The notes beneath the pieces are model-generated. The model searched no databases. It saw only the letters and a list, made by a program, of their open reading frames with translations, and was not told the origin of the DNA. 12,597 nt of DNA from Nitrospinales bacterium (GTDB lineage Bacteria > Nitrospinota > Nitrospinia > Nitrospinales > JAJDAT01), in the NCBI GenBank assembly GCA_046757665.1, contig JBHHYO010000076.1, positions 1-12,597 of the forward strand, in the 5' to 3' direction. A program made the position numbers and the translations under genes. The first letter of the stretch is position 1. The number at the start of each line of letters is the position of its first letter. This document shows positions 7,743 to 12,597 of this stretch, piece by piece.

Positions 7743-7802
7743 TCCGAAAACAAAATCACGATCCGCGGCTCCCTGTTCACAATGGGTCCCGGGTTAAAAT
7801 TA
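7739..7802 (+). repeat. Duplicated 3' intergenic segment, copy B (main hairpin decayed)
   Basis: GTGATCCGAAAACAAAATCACGATCCGCGGCTCCCTGTTCACAATGGGTCCCGGGTTAAAATTA aligns with 7208-7271. Confidence 0.8.
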
Positions 7803-7831
7803 TCGGCGGTTCGCTGAGGAGCAAGACCCAC

Positions 7832-8215
7832 ATGAGACACAACAAAATTCCTTTTTATACCCTGGTCATCCTGATCGCGTTGGGTCTCGGCGCTAACCCT
7901 GCCGCGGCCAACCCGTTGAGGGCGGATCAAGATTCACAGGTCGAAGCGTTGATTTTGGAGCCGGGCACGGCCACGAGTTGCCAACAGGATTTCATCGTCG
8001 AAAATACCGGCGACCAAATGGCACATTTAAAAGTGTTGATCGGCGATGAGGAATACACAAACGACCTCATGCAATCCCGGGAGAAAAGATACTACAGCCT
8101 GAACCGGAGCATCTCCATATCCAGGAACCAGGGGAAAAACGTCACCCCGGATGACGTCGCCACCATCATCAACAAGGACGGCCGCGGCAAATTGCGCTTG
8201 CTCTGTGCGGAATAA
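7832..8215 (+). CDS. Exported two-cysteine hypothetical protein (family member 4, 127 aa)
   Basis: RBS GAGGAG 7816-7821 precedes ATG 7832; the ORF-track start at 7730 overlaps the previous gene. Signal peptide ending PAAA. Motifs ILEPGTATSCQQDFIVEN, DDVATIINK and LRLLC. Confidence 0.9.
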   Translation: MRHNKIPFYTLVILIALGLGANPAAANPLRADQDSQVEALILEPGTATSCQQDFIVENTGDQMAHLKVLIGDEEYTNDLMQSREKRYYSLNRSISISRNQGKNVTPDDVATIINKDGRGKLRLLCAE

Positions 8216-8239
8216 TCCAAACGCCGCGGCAAGCCAACG

Positions 8240-8277
8240 GAAACGGGACCGGAAGACAATACCGCCGGTCCCGTTTC
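8240..8277. terminator. Hairpin between convergent genes (probable terminator)
   Basis: Perfect 13-bp inverted repeat GAAACGGGACCGG (8240-8252)/CCGGTCCCGTTTC (8265-8277) with a 12-nt loop. Confidence 0.65.
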
Positions 8278-8309
8278 AACACAACCTTGTCATGCGTTCC
8301 GCGCCGCCC

Positions 8310-9284
8310 TCAGCGGTTCGCCAACCACCGGGGGTGGCGCTTGACCTGCGCCAGAATCTCATCCAGTTGCCGCTCCAAAATGCTGACCCGCTGGTAAACA
8401 TGAGAAGGAAACTTCAAGCCGGGATAGTACGACCGGACCGGCTGATTGTTGCCGAGCAAGCGGTTGAGGTAAGCCAGCTCCGAAACGATCAGGGAAGCCA
8501 GGTTGTACACATCCCCCGGCGCAACGTCCATGAAGTTTTCCTCCGATTCTCCCTCACTGAGTATGGCCAGTCCCGACCGTTGCGCGATGTCGCGGATGAT
8601 CTCAAAGCATTTGATCAGCCGGCGGTAAACGTCGCTCGGCACCTTGTACCGTTCAAAAGGCGAAGCGCGGGGGACCCGCATCTGTTCCGGCACCTCCGCA
8701 AAGCGGCTCAAAATAAGCGACGCATAACTGATGGCTTGAGTGATTTGACCGTAAACGTCGCTCGGCGAAAACTTGCGTACCAGCATGATGTTGAGCTGGC
8801 GGTTGGCTTGCACAATGGAACGAAAAACGTCCGTCGGCGTCTTGTCGTCCCGGCGCTCCGGCTTGACGCTTGTTTCGGCGATCCCCAATACCTTTTTTAT
8901 GATTTGCAGACGTTCCAGGGCGGCATTCACAACCAGGTACACATGGCTGGGGCGGATTCGCTCGGACGGCACCGCCGGGACGGTCGCTTGCTGGCCCGTC
9001 AATTCCAGGCACAATTGATCGGCTTTTCGATAAAGCGTCAAAGCCTGGAAGAACACTTCCCGCGGCGCGGCATGTTTGACCGCGATCTCCGGCCGCCGCA
9101 TCTTCGGCTTTCCCATTTCGCGGCGGATGAGTTCGATTTCTCCATGCACAACCGCGACATGGGCAAAAACATCCGGCGGCGCAATGTCCCGCCCCGCCGG
9201 GCTCGCACCGTATGCGGGTAAAACGAATAAAACCGATGCCAGTGGAAACCAGAACCGGTTTATGCTCAGCCTGGCCGTTGCCAT
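8310..9284 (-). CDS. Exported hypothetical all-helical repeat protein (8 x P-x-[DEH]-V-[YF])
   Basis: Signal-peptide-like N-terminus (RFWFPLASVLFVLPAYGA). Repeats PPDVF, PREVF, PSHVY, PTDVF, PSDVY, PSDVY, PGDVY and PSHVY each open an amphipathic helix. Confidence 0.85.
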   Translation of the reverse strand: MATARLSINRFWFPLASVLFVLPAYGASPAGRDIAPPDVFAHVAVVHGEIELIRREMGKPKMRRPEIAVKHAAPREVFFQALTLYRKADQLCLELTGQQATVPAVPSERIRPSHVYLVVNAALERLQIIKKVLGIAETSVKPERRDDKTPTDVFRSIVQANRQLNIMLVRKFSPSDVYGQITQAISYASLILSRFAEVPEQMRVPRASPFERYKVPSDVYRRLIKCFEIIRDIAQRSGLAILSEGESEENFMDVAPGDVYNLASLIVSELAYLNRLLGNNQPVRSYYPGLKFPSHVYQRVSILERQLDEILAQVKRHPRWLANR

Positions 9285-9459
9285 GATCGAATCGGCGCCT
9301 GTGAAGGAATGTTCGAAGCTGTCGAAAGAGGGTGCTTCCGCCCTTGCCCGGGATTCACATCCCGGTGTTTCCCTGTGTATTATTTAGATAGGTCTCCTCT
9401 GGGAAAAGTTGTAGATTTATCGACGCGGCAGAGTTTTTATTCATGCGGCCGGGCTTCAA

Positions 9460-9488
9460 TTGACAATTTCCGCTTTTTTTCTTACCCT
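9460..9488 (+). promoter_or_regulatory. Sigma70-type promoter for the ligase-glutaredoxin-aminomutase cluster
   Basis: Perfect -35 TTGACA (9460-9465), 17-nt spacer, -10 TACCCT (9483-9488, retains TAxxxT). ATG 9497 follows after 8 nt with no Shine-Dalgarno sequence. Confidence 0.65.
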
Positions 9489-9496
9489 TTTTAGAA

Positions 9497-10900
9497 ATGA
9501 AACCAAAACCGGAAGAAATTTGCCTCAACATTCAATCCTCGTTACTCCGCTCCGGTCTGTTTTCAACCAATGGAAATCATCAGGGTACATGGCGGGTTGC
9601 GCCCGCGCCCTGGTTTTTGTCCGCCGACGAGATTGAATTTTTCTCCGAACTTGGCGGCCACCTCCTCAAGTTTTACCGCACCCTCAACCAGTTTTATTTT
9701 GACAGCCTGAAGGGCAAGTTACCGTCATGGTTCGCCGAATACCTGGACTTGGGCAAACCTCCGGACCTGCTGAATTACGGGCAAATGAACCGGTTCCGCC
9801 GCCGGCTCCCGGGCATCCTGAGACCCGACGTCATCGCCACCGAAGACGGGTTCGCGATCACCGAACTGGACTCCGTGCCGGGCGGGTTTGGGCTACTGGC
9901 TCGCCTCATGTCCCTCTATGGCGAAAGCCATGAAAACATGATCGGCGCCGAACAGGGCGGCATCCCCGAACTGTTTTACCGCATGATCGAATCGACAGCC
10001 GGAAAACCCGGATGTACACTGGCCATCGTCGTCTCCCAGGAATCCCAGGATTACCTCGAGGAAATGAAAGTCCTGGGAACCTTGTTGCGAAAGCGCGGCC
10101 TGCCGGTTTTCGTAGCGCGCCCGCAAGACCTCGTCTTCAGAGAGGACGGCCTGTTTCTTCCCGTCGAGGGCGCCGACACAAGAATCGATGCCGTTTACCG
10201 GTTTTTTGAATTATACGACCTCAAAAATATTCCAAAATCCGAGCTGTTGCTTTACGGCAACAAAAAAGGCGTCGTCACCGTCACCCCGCCCTACAAACCG
10301 TTCCTGGAAGAAAAGCTGGTTTTCGCCCTGTTCCACCATCCTTGCCTGGCGCCGTTTTGGGAAAAATCCCTGGGCCGTGAAACCTTTGCCGCCCTGACTC
10401 ATCTAATTCCTAGCACGTGGATTCTGGATAATCGCGCTCTGCCTCCCCAAGCGGTGATTCCCGGACTCAATATTCGCGGCGTTCCCGTCCGGGAGTGGCG
10501 GGAGTTGCATTCCCTGACCCAGAAGGAACGGGAATTGGTCATCAAAATTTCCGGCTTTTCCCCTTTGTCGTGGGGCGGCCGGGGGGTTACCGTCGGCCAC
10601 GATGTATCGGCGAACGAATGGATGCAGACTTTGCGGGAGCGCCTGGAAAACTTTGAACGCACTCCCGCCGTTTTGCAAACCTTTCGCAAGGGAAAGCGCG
10701 TGACCACCGCCTACTGGTGCCCGCACACCCAATCGCTGAAAGAAATAGAGTGCCGCATCCGGCTGACGCCCTATTATTTCGTGGTGGCAGAAGAGGACGC
10801 CCGGCTGGGGGGAATCCTGGCAACCCTCTGCCCCAAAGATAAAAAGAAAATCCATGGGATGACCGACGCTGTCATGATCCCCTGCGCCGCGAACCCATAG
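9497..10900 (+). CDS. Glutathionylspermidine-synthase / eukaryotic-type glutathione-synthetase-like (circularly permuted ATP-grasp) amide ligase, substrate unknown
   Basis: Motif order matches this fold: LRPDV (RxD), ITELDSVPGGFG (metal-binding ExN-like, here ExD), DAVYRFFE, EEK, VIKISGFSPLSWGGRGV (Lys plus Gly-rich loop), VLQTF and RLTPY. Confidence 0.7.
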   Translation: MKPKPEEICLNIQSSLLRSGLFSTNGNHQGTWRVAPAPWFLSADEIEFFSELGGHLLKFYRTLNQFYFDSLKGKLPSWFAEYLDLGKPPDLLNYGQMNRFRRRLPGILRPDVIATEDGFAITELDSVPGGFGLLARLMSLYGESHENMIGAEQGGIPELFYRMIESTAGKPGCTLAIVVSQESQDYLEEMKVLGTLLRKRGLPVFVARPQDLVFREDGLFLPVEGADTRIDAVYRFFELYDLKNIPKSELLLYGNKKGVVTVTPPYKPFLEEKLVFALFHHPCLAPFWEKSLGRETFAALTHLIPSTWILDNRALPPQAVIPGLNIRGVPVREWRELHSLTQKERELVIKISGFSPLSWGGRGVTVGHDVSANEWMQTLRERLENFERTPAVLQTFRKGKRVTTAYWCPHTQSLKEIECRIRLTPYYFVVAEEDARLGGILATLCPKDKKKIHGMTDAVMIPCAANP

Positions 10901-10916
10901 CGGAAAATAAATTTGC

Positions 10917-11162
10917 ATGAGTGTTTTAACTCTTTACAACCTTAACGGCTGTGGCTATTGTGCCATGGTCAGGGACGTCCTGGATGAACTCGGCCTGGAC
11001 TATGAAACCATCAACGTTCCATGGCTTCGCAAACTGCGCACCGAGGTCTACAAGGTGTCCGGTCAATACAGCGTACCCGTTCTCGTGGATGGTGAAAAGG
11101 TGCTCGATGACGAATACGAAATTATCGACTACTTGAAAAAAACATACCCGAACAAACACTGA
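10917..11162 (+). CDS. Dithiol glutaredoxin-like protein
   Basis: LTLY...CGYC active site, SGQYSVPVLVDG cis-Pro motif and IIDYL. Starts 16 nt after the ligase stop codon. Confidence 0.9.
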   Translation: MSVLTLYNLNGCGYCAMVRDVLDELGLDYETINVPWLRKLRTEVYKVSGQYSVPVLVDGEKVLDDEYEIIDYLKKTYPNKH

Positions 11163-11246
11163 CCGGCTACCGAAACACCGATTTGCAAATGAGTTCCGGA
11201 TCGGTTTTTCGGCAACCGGTCCGCGAGGCTTTTCCGATAACCTGCT
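11161..11246. repeat. 22-bp imperfect inverted repeat plus a third degenerate copy; same motif as 32-52/144-164
   Basis: GACCGGCTACCGAAACACCGAT (11161-11182)/ATCGGTTTTTCGGCAACCGGTC (11200-11221) are complementary at 19/22. GGCTTTTCCGATAACCTGCT (11227-11246) matches the reverse complement of 145-164 at 17/20. Confidence 0.65.
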
Positions 11247-11267
11247 TCCTAGACTAGAAAGGTGACA

Positions 11268-12398
11268 ATGGAACTCTGGCAAAAACTATTGAGTCAAAGC
11301 GTGGTAAAAATCGAAGATTTACCTTTTCTCCCCAACTCCGAGCAATACCGGGAAAAACTGCAAAAAGTTTCCGAGGTGTTTCCCGTCAGGATCAATTCAT
11401 ATTTTCTCTCGCAAATCAAAAGTCAAAACGACCCCCTGTGGAAACAGGTGGTGCCGACGCCGGATGAACTGGACGATTTCCTGAATCCGGAGGAACAACT
11501 GCAATCCGACCCGTTGAACGAAGAAGGCGCCATGCCCGTGCCGGAACTGGTGCATCGCTATCCCGACCGGGTGTTGTTGATGATCAATAACCAGTGCCCC
11601 ATTGTCTGCCGGTTCTGCACGCGAAAACGCAAGATCGGCTTTCCCGGCGTCGTCACCCGCGACACCCTGAGGCAAGGTATCGAATACATCCGCAATCACC
11701 CCGAAGTGCGCGACGTCGTCATGTCCGGCGGCGACCCGTTGCTGGTTCCGGACCGGGAGTTGGACCGCATCCTTGGAGAGTTGCGCTCCATTCCTCATCT
11801 GGAGGTCATCCGTATCGGCACCCGGGTTCCCGGCACCCTGCCCCAGCGCATCACCGAAAACCTGTGCGGCATTCTTAAAAAGTATCACCCCCTTTACTTC
11901 AACATGCACTTCAACCACCCCGCCGAAATCACCCCGGAGGTGGAAACCGCCTGCAACCGCCTGGCCGACGCCGGCATCCCTCTCGGAAGCCAGACCGTTC
12001 TGCTCAAAGGCGTCAACGACGATTCGCAAACCATGAAAACGCTCTTCCAGAAACTGCTCAAACTGCGAGTCAAACCGTATTACCTGTTCCAGGCCGACAC
12101 CGCCATGGGCACCGGCCATTTCCGCACCATGGTGCAAAAGGGCCTGGACATCATGCGCGACTTGCAGGGGCACACATCCGGCATGGCCGTGCCGCATTTC
12201 GTGATCGACACGCCGGGCGGCGGCGGCAAAGTGCGGCTATTGCCCGACTCCGTCATCGAATACCACGACCAGGAAGTCATTGTCAGAAATTTCGAAGGCA
12301 AGGTGTTCCGCTATCCCCAGCAACAAGACAACGAAACCGCCCCTCCCCGGCAGAAACCCAAAAACGGCTCCCACGTCAACCTGTGCGAAATAGCGTAA
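11268..12398 (+). CDS. kamA: KamA-family radical SAM/PLP enzyme, probable lysine 2,3-aminomutase
   Basis: Motifs DPLNEE, LVHRYPDRVL, CPIVCRFCTRKR (CxxxCxxC), SGGDP, RIGTR, HFNHP, QTVLLKGVND, PYYLFQAD and VIDTPGGGGK (PLP lysine). GAAAGG lies upstream of ATG 11268. Confidence 0.9.
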   Translation: MELWQKLLSQSVVKIEDLPFLPNSEQYREKLQKVSEVFPVRINSYFLSQIKSQNDPLWKQVVPTPDELDDFLNPEEQLQSDPLNEEGAMPVPELVHRYPDRVLLMINNQCPIVCRFCTRKRKIGFPGVVTRDTLRQGIEYIRNHPEVRDVVMSGGDPLLVPDRELDRILGELRSIPHLEVIRIGTRVPGTLPQRITENLCGILKKYHPLYFNMHFNHPAEITPEVETACNRLADAGIPLGSQTVLLKGVNDDSQTMKTLFQKLLKLRVKPYYLFQADTAMGTGHFRTMVQKGLDIMRDLQGHTSGMAVPHFVIDTPGGGGKVRLLPDSVIEYHDQEVIVRNFEGKVFRYPQQQDNETAPPRQKPKNGSHVNLCEIA

Positions 12399-12597
12399 AC
12401 GTTGGTCAACGCCATCCTCCCGCGGGCGTCTGCCCGCACCTGACCGAATCGCCCGCACTCGTTACCCGCCCGATTGCGCTTGACCTTGATTAATCGCTGG
12501 ATATAGGTCAGCACATCTCACCCCGGCCTTGGGCCGGCCTGACTGGAGCCGGTTTTCGCGAAAAAAAATTTTTTGAAAAACGAGGAACGAAATAGTC

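Noticed and set aside
8151-9221. 356-aa plus-strand ORF
   Set aside because: It is antisense to the 324-aa repeat protein, which has a signal peptide and internal repeats. It has no RBS or recognisable motif and is typical of shadow ORFs in GC-rich coding DNA.
11397-12197. 266-aa minus-strand ORF
   Set aside because: Antisense shadow of kamA.
3907-12398. A single RiPP cluster (TldD + radical SAM + ATP-grasp + repeated small precursor genes)
   Set aside because: The small proteins look like Sec-exported folded domains, not leader-core peptides. The radical SAM enzyme is a PLP aminomutase without SPASM or RRE domains. No YcaO or transporter is present, and the genes fall in separate transcription units.
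12480-12493. FNR/CRP-like site TTGACCTTGATTAA
   Set aside because: Two mismatches to TTGAT-N4-ATCAA, and the downstream gene is outside the window, so it cannot be supported.
1-12597. CRISPR array, tRNA/rRNA or transposase
   Set aside because: No regularly spaced direct repeats with unique spacers, no cloverleaf or rRNA signatures, and no transposase-like ORF seen.

Overview
A gene-dense bacterial window with moderately high GC. The gene content is compatible with a Nitrospinota-like organism, but this is inference only. It holds 13 credible CDSs and no rRNA, tRNA, CRISPR array or transposase. In order, the genes encode: a small basic protein (-); a lipoprotein built from three tandem CcmI/CycH C-terminal-like domains; a CDP-alcohol phosphatidyltransferase; a stand-alone Lon N-terminal-domain protein (-); an exported two-cysteine protein; a signal-peptide-bearing TldD-family metalloprotease (-); a tandem array of three more members of the same two-cysteine family; an exported protein with eight PxDV[YF] helical repeats (-); and a probable operon of a glutathionylspermidine-synthase-like ATP-grasp ligase, a glutaredoxin and a KamA-type lysine 2,3-aminomutase. 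The most interesting signals are the four-member unrecognised secreted family flanking the exported TldD, the ligase-glutaredoxin-aminomutase cluster (apparently leaderless), and a 133-nt rod-like hairpin whose terminal motif recurs 11 kb away.
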